Origin: Candidatus Saccharimonadota bacterium
GTDB taxonomy: Bacteria > Patescibacteriota > Saccharimonadia > Saccharimonadales > JACDBH01
Direction of reading: 5' to 3'
Assembly: GCA_028289135.1 (NCBI GenBank)
Contig: JAQGGW010000001.1
Span: 12,018 to 76,017 of the forward strand
DNA: 64,000 bases
The notes beneath the pieces are model-generated. The model was given only the letters and a program-made list of their open reading frames with translations. It was not told where the DNA came from and searched no databases. Made by a program: the position numbers and the translations under genes. Positions within the stretch are counted from its first letter, which is position 1. Each line of letters starts with the position of its first letter. Positions 9,263 through 19,023 of this stretch are shown one piece after another.

Positions 9263-10003
9263 CTATCTGTACTCAGGGTTTGGATCAGCAGCGTTGCCTG
9301 CAAAGCCGCGGTGATTGCCTTTGTCCCACACGCCGCGTTGGTTGCCGTATGCCGGAATTCCGCCGTTATCTTTAAGCATTTTGGCAATGTGCATCAGGTT
9401 CCAGGTCATAAACGTGGTGTTTTTGTTGGTAAAGTCACTTTCCAGCCCGCCTGAGCCTTCGTCCAAATAACTTGGGCCTGGCCCAATGGCGCCAATCCAG
9501 CCGGCATCAGCTTGCGGCGGAATAACGTAACCTAGGTGCTGTAAACTATACAAAATATTCATGGCGCAGTGCTTCACTCCGTCTTCGTTGCCTGTAATCA
9601 AACAGCCGCCAACCTTGCCATAAAACGCATACTGCCCGTCTTTGTTAAGCTCCGAAGAGTTGCCGTACAGCCGCTCAATCACCTTTTTCATAACCGAGCT
9701 GTTGTCACCCAGCCAGATTGGCCCGCAAAGCACCAAGATGTTGGCCGACTGGACCTTTTTATAGATCTCCGGCCATTCGTCTGTATCCCAGCCGTGTTCT
9801 GTCATGTCCGGATAAACCCCGGTTGCAATGTCATGATCGATGGCGCGGATCTGCTCGACCTCTACACCCTGTTTGCGCATAATATCAATACTAATTTTAC
9901 TTAAGCCCTCGGTGTTGCTGACCGCTGGTGATTTTTTGAGCGTGCACTGGATAAAAAGTGCTTTTAGACCCGAAAAATCCCATGTTTGCTGTGCTTCCGC
10001 CAT
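9263..10003 (-). CDS. flavodoxin-like NAD(P)H-dependent FMN reductase family protein
   Basis: TLKKSP..SNT, GPIWLG, GKVGG...GNEDG. Confidence 0.85.
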   Translation of the reverse strand: MAEAQQTWDFSGLKALFIQCTLKKSPAVSNTEGLSKISIDIMRKQGVEVEQIRAIDHDIATGVYPDMTEHGWDTDEWPEIYKKVQSANILVLCGPIWLGDNSSVMKKVIERLYGNSSELNKDGQYAFYGKVGGCLITGNEDGVKHCAMNILYSLQHLGYVIPPQADAGWIGAIGPGPSYLDEGSGGLESDFTNKNTTFMTWNLMHIAKMLKDNGGIPAYGNQRGVWDKGNHRGFAGNAADPNPEYR

Positions 10004-10063
10004 ATAGTCCCCTTTTTATAAAACTATCATAACACCAGCCCAAGCAACTGCTCGTAAACTAAC

Positions 10064-10966
10064 CTACACAAAATTCAACATAACAATGCCACTCACGATC
10101 AAGCAGCCGGCTACAAACTTGCGGCCCAAAGTTTTTTTGTCGATCTTTTCGTTAATCATATGCGGCAGCAGTTTGGTCAACACAACTCCCAAAATAATTG
10201 CCAAAAATACTTCTGATGCGCCAACCGAGATAACAAGACCGGCGTTAGTGTAGGTAAATGCCTTAAACTGAGACATGATGGCCAGCGTATAAAACACTTC
10301 GCTTAAACCAATCACGATGATCATTCGCGGATGAAAAGGTTTCATATTTTTCATAAAACTTTTTCGTATTTTAGGGTGAAAGACTGTATAAAGCACACCA
10401 AAAACTGCGTAGCTCAGTGTCTCGTAAAATACATAAGCCACGATGTTGTTATGAGACACAACCGACTTTGCAATGATCAAACTCGTCGAAGTTAAAACTG
10501 TAGCGGCAAGCATGATTGGTATAACTTTCGTGCTATGCAAATGAAAGCCCTTGCGTGACCACGCCGAAAGCACCACGCCCGTTAAAATGATAGCCGCAGC
10601 CAAGAGCTGAAGAGGCCCTGCTTTATCCCGCAAAACAACAAAACCAAATATTAAAGTAATTGGCACAATGGCCTGTGTCAGCAAAGTTATAACGCTCGCG
10701 TCCTCAATGTTAAAGGCCTTAAAGTAAAAGGTTGATGCCGCGCAGACAACAAATCCCGAGACAGTAGCTAATAAGATATCTCTATGACTGCTTAGCGTTG
10801 GCATTCTACGCAAGAGCCAGATGAGCGCAATAAATATAATCGCAGTACTTGAGTGTACGGCAACAATCCCGCTTTGGTCACGCACAACCTTGCTTACCGA
10901 AAACTTGGTGACCATTGCCGAAGACGCGTAAAATAACGCCGAAAGCAGCGCCAATAATATCCACAT
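10064..10966 (-). CDS. EamA/DMT family transporter
   Basis: About 10 TM in two repeats. Confidence 0.8.
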   Translation of the reverse strand: MWILLALLSALFYASSAMVTKFSVSKVVRDQSGIVAVHSSTAIIFIALIWLLRRMPTLSSHRDILLATVSGFVVCAASTFYFKAFNIEDASVITLLTQAIVPITLIFGFVVLRDKAGPLQLLAAAIILTGVVLSAWSRKGFHLHSTKVIPIMLAATVLTSTSLIIAKSVVSHNNIVAYVFYETLSYAVFGVLYTVFHPKIRKSFMKNMKPFHPRMIIVIGLSEVFYTLAIMSQFKAFTYTNAGLVISVGASEVFLAIILGVVLTKLLPHMINEKIDKKTLGRKFVAGCLIVSGIVMLNFV

Positions 10967-11395
10967 TTATTTTTTGCCTTTTGCAATAAAGTCCAGCCGG
11001 GCCTGGTTGGCGTATTTGTCGGCCATTTCGTTGCCTGGGTCGTCGTTGTGACCACGAACCCAAACCAAAACAGCTCTGGAGTTGCGGTACAGCGGGCAGA
11101 CTTCCTGCACTATGTCGAGATTTTTTATCGCCCCGCCCTTTTTCTTCCAACCGTTGGCTTCCCAGCCAATAGACCACTTGGTAATGACATTAATCCAAAA
11201 TTCGCTGTCAGTATAAATCTCGCACTCTTCGCCCTTTGAATCTTTGATGGCCGCGATGATTGCTAAGCCTTCCATCCGGATGTTTGTGGTGTTGGCTTCC
11301 CCGCCCATAATCGCAGGTTTCATATCTTTAATTACAGCAAAGCCGCCATTGCCCGGGTTTGGCTCACAACTACCGTCGGTGTAGTACACAATCAT
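10967..11395 (-). CDS. rnhA: ribonuclease HI
   Basis: YTDGSC.PNPG, TNIRME, TDS, WVRGH...NEMAD. Confidence 0.95.
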   Translation of the reverse strand: MIVYYTDGSCEPNPGNGGFAVIKDMKPAIMGGEANTTNIRMEGLAIIAAIKDSKGEECEIYTDSEFWINVITKWSIGWEANGWKKKGGAIKNLDIVQEVCPLYRNSRAVLVWVRGHNDDPGNEMADKYANQARLDFIAKGKK

Positions 11396-11944
11396 TTATT
11401 TTATAAGGTCTTTCAAAAGCTTAAATTCTCTATATGGTTGATTATACGTGCCAGAGCCCATATGCCCTTCACCTTTGGCAAATATAAACTGCGCGCCAAG
11501 CTTTTCTACAATTGGGCGGGCTTGTTTGTCGGTACAGCCCCACGGGTCGTTGTCGGAGTTAATTAGCACAAACTCACTAGCTTTAGTTTTAATAAGATCC
11601 CAGTCAAACTTCTCGGGCAGCATACTGCTTTGGCTATCAGACTGCGCTTCGTAATAGCCCGCCACCAAAATCACTTGCATAACCGGTGTCTCAAAAAACT
11701 CTAACAAATGCAAAACTAATGGGCAGCCCGATGAATGCCCGATAACAATTGTCTCTTCGCTAATTTCGGGCATGTTTTTAAGTACAAAATTGCTGGTTTC
11801 TTCAAGCTGTGGCGCCTCGGTATGAGGTAAAAGCGGCCACCACACACTGTAGTTTTTTGATTCTAAAAACTTCTTGGTGTCTTCAAACCAAAAATAATCC
11901 TTATCGCTGCCACCATGCCCATGCAACATAATTGCCGTTTTCAT
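11396..11944 (-). CDS. RBBP9/YdeN alpha/beta hydrolase
   Basis: LHG, GHSSG nucleophile elbow, SDNDP, GH. Confidence 0.88.
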   Translation of the reverse strand: MKTAIMLHGHGGSDKDYFWFEDTKKFLESKNYSVWWPLLPHTEAPQLEETSNFVLKNMPEISEETIVIGHSSGCPLVLHLLEFFETPVMQVILVAGYYEAQSDSQSSMLPEKFDWDLIKTKASEFVLINSDNDPWGCTDKQARPIVEKLGAQFIFAKGEGHMGSGTYNQPYREFKLLKDLIK

Positions 11945-11961
11945 GAACACATCATACCAGT

Positions 11962-13035
11962 TTATGGGCGAATCTGGGGAGCTAAAAGCTCTTCGTCATC
12001 TAAAGGTTTTAATGGGCGTTTTTTGAGGATCTCAAAGCGCTCACCAGTCATGGGCGATTCAAAATAATCTTCATTCAGCAGGTTTACAAATCTAGTTAAG
12101 TCACGATCGTCCATAATAATAATCGCGCCGCTGTCGTCGGTCATCAAGCCCACGCCCATTTCGTCCGAATGGTCTATAAGGTCCTGCTGTTTTATCTTGC
12201 CCGGCTCCAGCTTCTGCATTTTTTTGATGGTCGAAGGTTTGCCCTTAATCAAACTCTGCAGACTAATTCCCTCTGCAAAACTAAGCTTAAAGTTTTCTTC
12301 AATTTCTTTAACCTTTTTAATCGCCACGCTCGCGGCCTTGGCGTCATAACCAAACAAAGCTTTCAACTTAGCCTGATTAAACACAAACAAATCCTGCCCC
12401 ACGACCAGCAGCTGATTTTCACCCGGGATCTTTAGCGCGCTCATGCCTTCGAACGGCTTAAATACATTGTCTTTCAAAAGCCACGCTGTATGGCCCTTCA
12501 TAATCTGTGATGTCGGCAAGCTTTTTAGCAAATAAAACGGCTTTGGCATGTCTTTATGCGTGCAGTGTGCAACCACGCCTTTAATGCGCTTTAGGTCATG
12601 CTCTTGTTCGTTAAAGACTTCAATGTTGCCTTGTTCGTGCTTGATCCAGTTCAGTACTTCAACCAATTTGTCGACGTTCTTGACCTGGGTACGCTGCAGA
12701 ACATTGTCTTCTGCTTCGGCCTCTTCAAAATCGCGGACAATTAAGCCTTTTTCTACTCCGCCCAATATAAATTCTAAAATTTCGTCCAAAAACAACGGTC
12801 GCAGCTGCCGTGCCACATCACCACCAAGCTTAGTGCGATACACTGTGTTATTTTTGTTAAAAAAATACAGGTCAATCTTAAGGTCGTCAATATACTGCAC
12901 CAAGTTGTTCGCCCATGCAAAAACATCTATCTCTTCATAGTCCTTGGACCAAGCATCAACCGGCGCTAAAATATCCTGGCCTGCCGCCGCGCTATCTTTT
13001 GTCAGTGCTTCTGTTTGTTTTTCGTCATCCATCAA
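11962..13035 (-). CDS. DUF4868 / KwaB-like protein
   Basis: LFVFNQ...LFGYD and FVNLLNEDYFESPMTGERF resemble the DUF4868 C-terminus. Confidence 0.6.
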   Translation of the reverse strand: MMDDEKQTEALTKDSAAAGQDILAPVDAWSKDYEEIDVFAWANNLVQYIDDLKIDLYFFNKNNTVYRTKLGGDVARQLRPLFLDEILEFILGGVEKGLIVRDFEEAEAEDNVLQRTQVKNVDKLVEVLNWIKHEQGNIEVFNEQEHDLKRIKGVVAHCTHKDMPKPFYLLKSLPTSQIMKGHTAWLLKDNVFKPFEGMSALKIPGENQLLVVGQDLFVFNQAKLKALFGYDAKAASVAIKKVKEIEENFKLSFAEGISLQSLIKGKPSTIKKMQKLEPGKIKQQDLIDHSDEMGVGLMTDDSGAIIIMDDRDLTRFVNLLNEDYFESPMTGERFEILKKRPLKPLDDEELLAPQIRP

Positions 13036-13112
13036 CGCTCTATTTTAACGCACGCGCGCCAAATAAAGTGCTGTAAAATGAACTTTATCTTAACCCAGGC
13101 AGAAGCATACGT

Positions 13113-13427
13113 TTATCCTGACAAGTAGGAGGACCATAGCCCCCACGACCTTTTTACGTCAAGTTGATCCGGGGTTAATAGTGCATGCGTACTAAAGCCA
13201 ACTTGTTCTGCGCGTTCTTGTTGTAAAGCCAAGTCATACGCATTTAAAAAAGCTGACCCTAAGATTGTGCTTATATGTACGGCATGGATAATTGCTTCGT
13301 CAGAAACAACATCCACTTCACGCACAGTAGCTGGATCCACACCCACAATTTCATAAAAATTAACTACGCCTTGACTAATTACTACACGGGAGGGCGTATA
13401 AGCATGTTCAGTGAATCCTTCGGCCAT
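13113..13427 (-). CDS. hypothetical protein
   Basis: 104-aa ORF with AGGA upstream; no motif. Confidence 0.5.
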   Translation of the reverse strand: MAEGFTEHAYTPSRVVISQGVVNFYEIVGVDPATVREVDVVSDEAIIHAVHISTILGSAFLNAYDLALQQERAEQVGFSTHALLTPDQLDVKRSWGLWSSYLSG

Positions 13428-13530
13428 TTTTATTTCCTATTTTTACGTATACTACTGTAATACGCCTATGCTTATAGAAAATCAAGCAGATTTATAGCCT
13501 AGAACCGCCAACCTGTTTTTATAGAGATCT

Positions 13531-13917
13531 TTAATCTTTTTTGCTGTGCGCCTTAAGCCAGGCCGCAATTGTAGGGACGTCATAGTGCTCAACCGCTACT
13601 GCAACGGCAAAGTCTTCCAGTTCCTTATCCGTTAGTGATGACGTGTCATAGCCATTTAGGTTAAGAAAAACCAGCGCAGCCATGGTTCCCGTTCGTTTGT
13701 TGCCGTCACTAAACGGATGATCGGCAATGATACCCCGCATCAGCACGGCCGCTTTCTCGAAAATAGTCGGATATAAATCCTGGCCAAATACTTCTTGGCG
13801 CATTGAAGCCAGAGCCGACTCAATCCGCTCAGTGTCCCTTATACCCTGCGACCCGCCGCTGGCATCGATTATTTGGATATGGATAATGCCAACATCATCA
13901 AATGTTAAAAACTTCAT
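13531..13917 (-). CDS. doc: Doc-family (Fic fold) toxin
   Basis: HPFSDGNKRT motif with Doc-type Lys; GIRD...ESAL. Confidence 0.9.
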   Translation of the reverse strand: MKFLTFDDVGIIHIQIIDASGGSQGIRDTERIESALASMRQEVFGQDLYPTIFEKAAVLMRGIIADHPFSDGNKRTGTMAALVFLNLNGYDTSSLTDKELEDFAVAVAVEHYDVPTIAAWLKAHSKKD

Positions 13918-13925
13918 GCGGCATC

Positions 13926-14162
13926 CTATCGCTGACTGAGGTTTTTTAAGGCTGTCTCGTGGCGCTTAATCAGCTTGCGGGCAATTTCTACAACCTCGGT
14001 CTGATGTGTGTCTTCAGCTACTGGCCGGCTAATAGATACTTCAAGCTCTTCGCCGGCTTTAACATCATAAAAGCGGGCGTCGCGCGCCGGGATAGTAACT
14101 GCCAGGCTGCTGCCAACTTTAATAACCTTTTGGATTGACTTGATTTCCATGTTTTTACTCAT
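13926..14162 (-). CDS. AbrB/MazE-type antitoxin
   Basis: KVIKVGSSLAVTIP; C-terminal KRHETALKNLS; directly upstream of doc. Confidence 0.85.
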   Translation of the reverse strand: MSKNMEIKSIQKVIKVGSSLAVTIPARDARFYDVKAGEELEVSISRPVAEDTHQTEVVEIARKLIKRHETALKNLSQR

Positions 14163-14167
14163 ATGGG

Positions 14168-14201
14168 CATTATAACAATATTATAATATTATTGCAATAA
14201 T
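14168..14201 (-). promoter_or_regulatory. TA promoter with palindromic operator
   Basis: TATAAT 6 nt before ATG; overlapping palindromes AATATTATAATATT and ATTATTGCAATAAT. Confidence 0.55.
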
Positions 14202-14228
14202 TTTTATGATTTTGAGCGATATACTAGG

Positions 14229-14642
14229 CTAAAGAGCGCCGTAAAAGCACTCATAATCACCGCCCTTTTCCATACCAAGCGCTTGGTAGCGGCTGTTTAG
14301 GTCTTCGCGGGTTGGGTCGGAATAAATCAACACTTCTGGATGTCCACGCTGCTTCAAAACGCCCGATGCTGCTTTGTATAAAGCCTCTGCTGCCCCAAGG
14401 TTATTGTCCTTGGTTACGAACCTATAAAACCACGCCACCCGGCCGTCTTCCACCAAAGAAATCGTACCCAAAATTTCACCGTTTTCCTCGTCGACAATAA
14501 TCGACTGCGGGTCCGCCGTGACCTTATGCAGCATTATCTCTTGGCTGTCACGGTGTTCGTCAAACTTTCCCCCGTACCATTCGGCGTGCTGGTAGAGCGC
14601 CTTAACCTGCTCATAATCGGTGTCCATATATCCTCGTATCAT
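14229..14642 (-). CDS. GNAT-fold acetyltransferase-like protein
   Basis: IR...DYEQV, ILGTISL, RYQALGM pattern. Confidence 0.55.
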   Translation of the reverse strand: MIRGYMDTDYEQVKALYQHAEWYGGKFDEHRDSQEIMLHKVTADPQSIIVDEENGEILGTISLVEDGRVAWFYRFVTKDNNLGAAEALYKAASGVLKQRGHPEVLIYSDPTREDLNSRYQALGMEKGGDYECFYGAL

Positions 14643-14722
14643 GCACACATAATAGCATCTTTTTAAGGAGTCATTTCCTAGAATATTTGCTTTTTATATA
14701 ATTTAAAGTTATAATATATTTT

Positions 14723-15571
14723 ATGAGTTTACCAAAAGAAACACTTGATATTCATAGTGTCACTGCTTTTGCGGGCGGTGTAAACACCGAATATAGAGTT
14801 TTATTATTACAGCTTACACCTGCCTTTGGATCCAACTCTTGGGCGAATCCTCTTTATACCCTCTGCAATTTACAAAGCTTCGATACGAGTGGAATCACAA
14901 GCAACTTTAGGCCTGGTTACTTAAAGCAAGATCAGGAACGCATGGTAAATAAAGGATTCCTTGCCGTACGATCAGATGGTACTTACCAGAGAAACCTTGC
15001 GGGAGAAATTGCTCTCGGTTTTGGCGGTCTTCAGCTTGAAACAGGGATAAATACAGGTGTGCCAATAAAAACTCTCGTTGGTGAAGGTGGCCAGGGTCTT
15101 CGGCCCGATGGCACTATACGTGATGGCGTCGAGTCCCGGCTTGCTACTTTACTTGCCTTTTACAACCGTGCGCCAAATAAGTGGTTTCCATTTAAAGAAC
15201 TTGTGTCTGACTTAGAGCCTCTTAAAACAGGTGAAGAAGGCACTCGTCATACACTTAAACGACTAGTTCAAGCTAATTTGGCCGAACAAAGACTTGTCGC
15301 AATTGCCAAGAAGTCTGGCAATCATTCAATGCAAGTACGTATGCGCAAGCGTGAAGGAATAGAATATCGTACTGCTGTTGGCCAGTATCTTGGAAATGTT
15401 ATTAGTCTAGCTACAATGGACGTCGAGAGACTGGCTGCCGGTCAACAGTTTGTTGCTACTACACTTGAGAGCGTAAAAACTGATCCTAAAAAAGTAGATC
15501 TTGTATCTGAGTTATTAGAAAGAACTCAAAGAACTACTCCACGGTTTGGTAAAAGCCCTAAAAAGAAATAA
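14723..15571 (+). CDS. hypothetical protein, possible winged-helix domains
   Basis: FKELVSDL...TRHTLKRLVQANLAE and MVNKGFL...GTY resemble wHTH segments; TATAAT 7 nt upstream. Confidence 0.5.
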   Translation: MSLPKETLDIHSVTAFAGGVNTEYRVLLLQLTPAFGSNSWANPLYTLCNLQSFDTSGITSNFRPGYLKQDQERMVNKGFLAVRSDGTYQRNLAGEIALGFGGLQLETGINTGVPIKTLVGEGGQGLRPDGTIRDGVESRLATLLAFYNRAPNKWFPFKELVSDLEPLKTGEEGTRHTLKRLVQANLAEQRLVAIAKKSGNHSMQVRMRKREGIEYRTAVGQYLGNVISLATMDVERLAAGQQFVATTLESVKTDPKKVDLVSELLERTQRTTPRFGKSPKKK

Positions 15572-15601
15572 TACTTCATAATTTTCGGTTATAGTATGAG
15601 C

Positions 15602-16042
15602 ATGCAAAGAAGAATTGCCGTGCGCGGGATTGTTGTTTTGGACGGCAAACTTTTATGCTTTCGTCTAAAGCCGTACCGTAATGTTGAGCAGTCTACTCAT
15701 TGGTCGACGCCTGGCGGCGGCATTGACGACGGCGAAGCGATTATCCCTGCCCTTGAACGAGAAATGATTGAAGAAACTGGCATCCCAGCCAATGTAGGCC
15801 GTCTGCTTTATGTGCAGCAATACAACTTTAAAGGCCAAGAAAACTTAGAATTCTTTTTTGAGATCACAAACGCCAAAGATTATTTGAATATCGACCTGAG
15901 CAAAACCACCCACGGCGAAACCGAAATTGCCGAATTCGGATTTATCGATCCATCGGACCAAAAAGTCCTGCCGGAATTTCTGCAAACCGTAAAATTCGAC
16001 GAAGCCAACTTTTCAACCCCGCAAGTTTTTAACTATCTGTAA
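15602..16042 (+). CDS. NUDIX hydrolase
   Basis: PGGGIDDGE...ALEREMIEETG Nudix box. Confidence 0.92.
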   Translation: MQRRIAVRGIVVLDGKLLCFRLKPYRNVEQSTHWSTPGGGIDDGEAIIPALEREMIEETGIPANVGRLLYVQQYNFKGQENLEFFFEITNAKDYLNIDLSKTTHGETEIAEFGFIDPSDQKVLPEFLQTVKFDEANFSTPQVFNYL

Positions 16043-16545
16043 CCATAGCACCGGTAAGCTGGTTTGGTGTATTGGCGGCTTAGCCGTTTTGCTTCATAAA
16101 TAAGCGCGCAGGCGGCAGGTGTGTAGACGGCAATGATCAAACCTGTTGGTTCATGCAGCCAGTCCAGCCCGCGGCCCACATGCGGCAAAACTTTATAAAC
16201 TTTTCCTATCACTTGGCCCGAAGGAAATGGAAGATCATGCATATCTAACGCATCGCCTTTGGTAATAAGTTTGCCGGTTTGATAATTTATACTAACCAGA
16301 CGGTGTGATACCACCACACGCTGGTCCGCCGGGCTGCGGTAGCTCACAACATCGCCCACGTGCAAGTCTGGCAATAAGATCCAGCGCGTTAACAGCGCGT
16401 CGCCTGGGTTAAAATACGGCACCATACTTCCAGTTTGGACACTTAGGATTTTGTCCCCTTCTGCGTGCCGGTACAGCGCCAGGCCACAACCGCCAAGCAG
16501 TGTTGCCACCAACAAAAATATCATTACTTTTTTAAGAATATGCAT
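16033..16545 (-). CDS. sipW: SipW-type signal peptidase I (S26B)
   Basis: TGSMVP, VSHR, TKGD (Ser-His type); N- and C-terminal TM. Confidence 0.85.
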   Translation of the reverse strand: MHILKKVMIFLLVATLLGGCGLALYRHAEGDKILSVQTGSMVPYFNPGDALLTRWILLPDLHVGDVVSYRSPADQRVVVSHRLVSINYQTGKLITKGDALDMHDLPFPSGQVIGKVYKVLPHVGRGLDWLHEPTGLIIAVYTPAACALIYEAKRLSRQYTKPAYRCYGYR

Positions 16546-16562
16546 TGTACAAAAGCTCAGTG

Positions 16563-17135
16563 TTACTGGGCGATGCCGATAAACACAAAGTCTATGTTAC
16601 CCAAAGATGCGCCGCTGCCTGTAAACGCATCCGCCGCCATAGAAATCTGGATTTTATATTGGTAGGCAGTGCTGGCTGGCAAAGTGTCAATTAAAGCCGT
16701 GCCGCCATCAGCGTATGAAGCAAGCAAACTAGCTAGCGTAAACGTCTGTGAAGTTCCGCCCGGTACGTGGGTGATAATCACCGAAACTTTTGCCAGGTCA
16801 ACGCTGCTGAGGTTGGTTGGCGTTGTGCTAATTGCCAGCTTAACCTGGCTGGCGGTTGTGCCGGAGTTCTTAAGATAAAAAGAATTGCCTGCCGCAGGAA
16901 CCGCAGGACCGCCAGGGACAACTCCCGGGAAGTCAAAACCGGTGTGCGAGCTGGTATAGGTTGTGCCGTCGGTGCTTACCTTTAGGTCGGCCGTGGCGCT
17001 TTCGATTGTGTTGCCGCTCAACACCGCCTGCTGGCTTTGCAGTGCCGCAAACGTCACACCGCTGACGATGACCATTATTATTCCCATTACACTAACAGCC
17101 CGCAGGATCGGCTTAAAGTTGCTTTGCTTTTTCAT
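16563..17135 (-). CDS. TasA/CalY-like secreted protein with SipW-type signal peptide
   Basis: Basic N-region, hydrophobic helix, GVTFA then NTIESATADL; VPG...LKNSGT; adjacent to sipW. Confidence 0.7.
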   Translation of the reverse strand: MKKQSNFKPILRAVSVMGIIMVIVSGVTFAALQSQQAVLSGNTIESATADLKVSTDGTTYTSSHTGFDFPGVVPGGPAVPAAGNSFYLKNSGTTASQVKLAISTTPTNLSSVDLAKVSVIITHVPGGTSQTFTLASLLASYADGGTALIDTLPASTAYQYKIQISMAADAFTGSGASLGNIDFVFIGIAQ

Positions 17136-17247
17136 ACACTGTTTCCTTGATTATTTGGTGCTATATTTGCATCTTAAATAATTCAAGTCAATAGTTTTTT
17201 TATAAAGTCCAATATATTTTAAAGCATAAGTTTTAACAGATACGGCT

Positions 17248-17625
17248 CTAAATAACTTTCTTAACCCATTCGAACTCAGCAAAACCGCCCACCGCTGCGC
17301 CAATTTCGTTCAATTCGCAAACATCCAGAATGTGCACACCCATCTTCCCAAGACGCGGCAATTTAAGCACCATAGATGCCCCAAGCATTCGATTTGGATG
17401 CATATAAGGTATTACACCCACAAGCGGGTACATGCCTAAAGGAACCTTATTCATCCTATCCTTGTTAACGGTTTCACAGATATCAGGCGCTACATCATGT
17501 ACAGACAGATCAGGAATACCACTAAAAGACCACTGTATGGTTTGCAGCTCTCTGTCCCGATCAATTTCCTGTAGTCTATCCCGGATATAAATAATATGTC
17601 CGCGATCCACACCTGGAAGATACAT
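17248..17625 (-). CDS. hypothetical protein
   Basis: 125-aa ORF starting 1 nt after the glyQS stop. Confidence 0.5.
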   Translation of the reverse strand: MYLPGVDRGHIIYIRDRLQEIDRDRELQTIQWSFSGIPDLSVHDVAPDICETVNKDRMNKVPLGMYPLVGVIPYMHPNRMLGASMVLKLPRLGKMGVHILDVCELNEIGAAVGGFAEFEWVKKVI

Positions 17626-17626
17626 A

Positions 17627-18982
17627 TTAAAGGTCCTTTATAGCCACCCTGGTTTGTTCGGTCGTATCGCGGTCGCGCACGGTCACTGTCCCGTCTTCCA
17701 GCGTGTCAAAATCAATCGTTACGCATTTTGGGGTTCCAATTTCGTCTTGGCGGCGGTAGCGCTTGCCGATGTTGCCATTGTCGTCGTATTCCGTCGCAAA
17801 GTTTTGGCTTAGCATTTCATAGACTTCGCGCGCCTTAGCCACAAGTTCTGGTTTGTTGCGAAGCAGCGGGAAAACAGCATATTTTACGGGCGCTAATGCT
17901 GGCTTAAGTTTAAGAACAGTGCGCTCTTCCCCGTTTGGCAAAGTTTCCACCTTGTAAGCGTCCGAAAATACCGCCAAGAAACAGCGGCCCATACCCATTG
18001 ATGTTTCCAAAACCCACGGGATATATTTTTCGTTGGTGTGCGGGTCGGTGTAGTTAAGATCCGTTCCAGAAAACTTCATGTGCTGAGTCAGGTCGTAGTT
18101 TGTCCGGTCATGAACGCCTTCAATCTCGTCAAAGCCCCAGGTCGGGAAATTGTACTCAACATCCCACGCGTCCTTGGCATAAAACACTAAGTTTTCGTGC
18201 TGCTTCCATTGCAGATTTTTTTCTTCAATCCCAAGACTTAAATACCAATTCCAGCGGTCTTTTTTAATCAGCTCATATGCCTCTTTGTTTTCGTTAGGGC
18301 GGATAAACAGCTGGGTGTCGGCCTGCTCAAGTTCGCGGGTGCGAAACAAGAAATTACGCGGGCTGATTTCGTTACGAAACGCCTTGCCGATCTGGGCAAC
18401 GCCAAATGGAATCTTTACGCGGGTCGTATCGACAATATTTTTAAAGTTCAGATAAATTCCCTGACAAGCCTCACCCGGCAGATAAACAGGATTCTTGCCT
18501 TCGCCGGTAAAGTCACCAAGATTTGATTTAACCAGCAAATTAAACGCGCGCACTGGCGAAAATTCTTTAGCGCCGCAGTTTGGACACTTTATTTTGTCAC
18601 GGTTTTCGTCAAACAGCTTTTGCAGTTCGGCTTCCGACATTTTCTCGTCTGCGGTTACGCCGATTTTTTCTAATTCTTTGTCTACCCGTATGCGCGTATT
18701 GCACTTTTTGCACTCCGCCAAAGGGTCAGAAAACCCAGAGGTGTGGCCAGAAGCCTCCCAGACACGCGGATCCTTAAACATCGCAGAATCGAGCCCAACA
18801 TAATTTTCTTTTAGGCGCACATTGGTCTTCCACCAAGAAGCCTTGATGTTGTTATACAGCTCCACGCCGTACGGGCCAAAGTCATAAAGCCCAGCCATTC
18901 CGCCATAAATCTCACTACCCTGATAGACAAAACCGCGGCGCTTTGCCAAAGAAATAATATCGTCCATTTTTACATCGCTCAT
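17627..18982 (-). CDS. glyQS: glycyl-tRNA synthetase (alpha2 type)
   Basis: KRRGF...SEIYGG, WEASGH, FRNEISPRNFLFRTRE, IGKRYRRQDEIGTP. Confidence 0.96.
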   Translation of the reverse strand: MSDVKMDDIISLAKRRGFVYQGSEIYGGMAGLYDFGPYGVELYNNIKASWWKTNVRLKENYVGLDSAMFKDPRVWEASGHTSGFSDPLAECKKCNTRIRVDKELEKIGVTADEKMSEAELQKLFDENRDKIKCPNCGAKEFSPVRAFNLLVKSNLGDFTGEGKNPVYLPGEACQGIYLNFKNIVDTTRVKIPFGVAQIGKAFRNEISPRNFLFRTRELEQADTQLFIRPNENKEAYELIKKDRWNWYLSLGIEEKNLQWKQHENLVFYAKDAWDVEYNFPTWGFDEIEGVHDRTNYDLTQHMKFSGTDLNYTDPHTNEKYIPWVLETSMGMGRCFLAVFSDAYKVETLPNGEERTVLKLKPALAPVKYAVFPLLRNKPELVAKAREVYEMLSQNFATEYDDNGNIGKRYRRQDEIGTPKCVTIDFDTLEDGTVTVRDRDTTEQTRVAIKDL

Positions 18983-19023
18983 AATTGCTTAAAGTATACG
19001 ATTATCAGGTGTTATCGGCAAGC

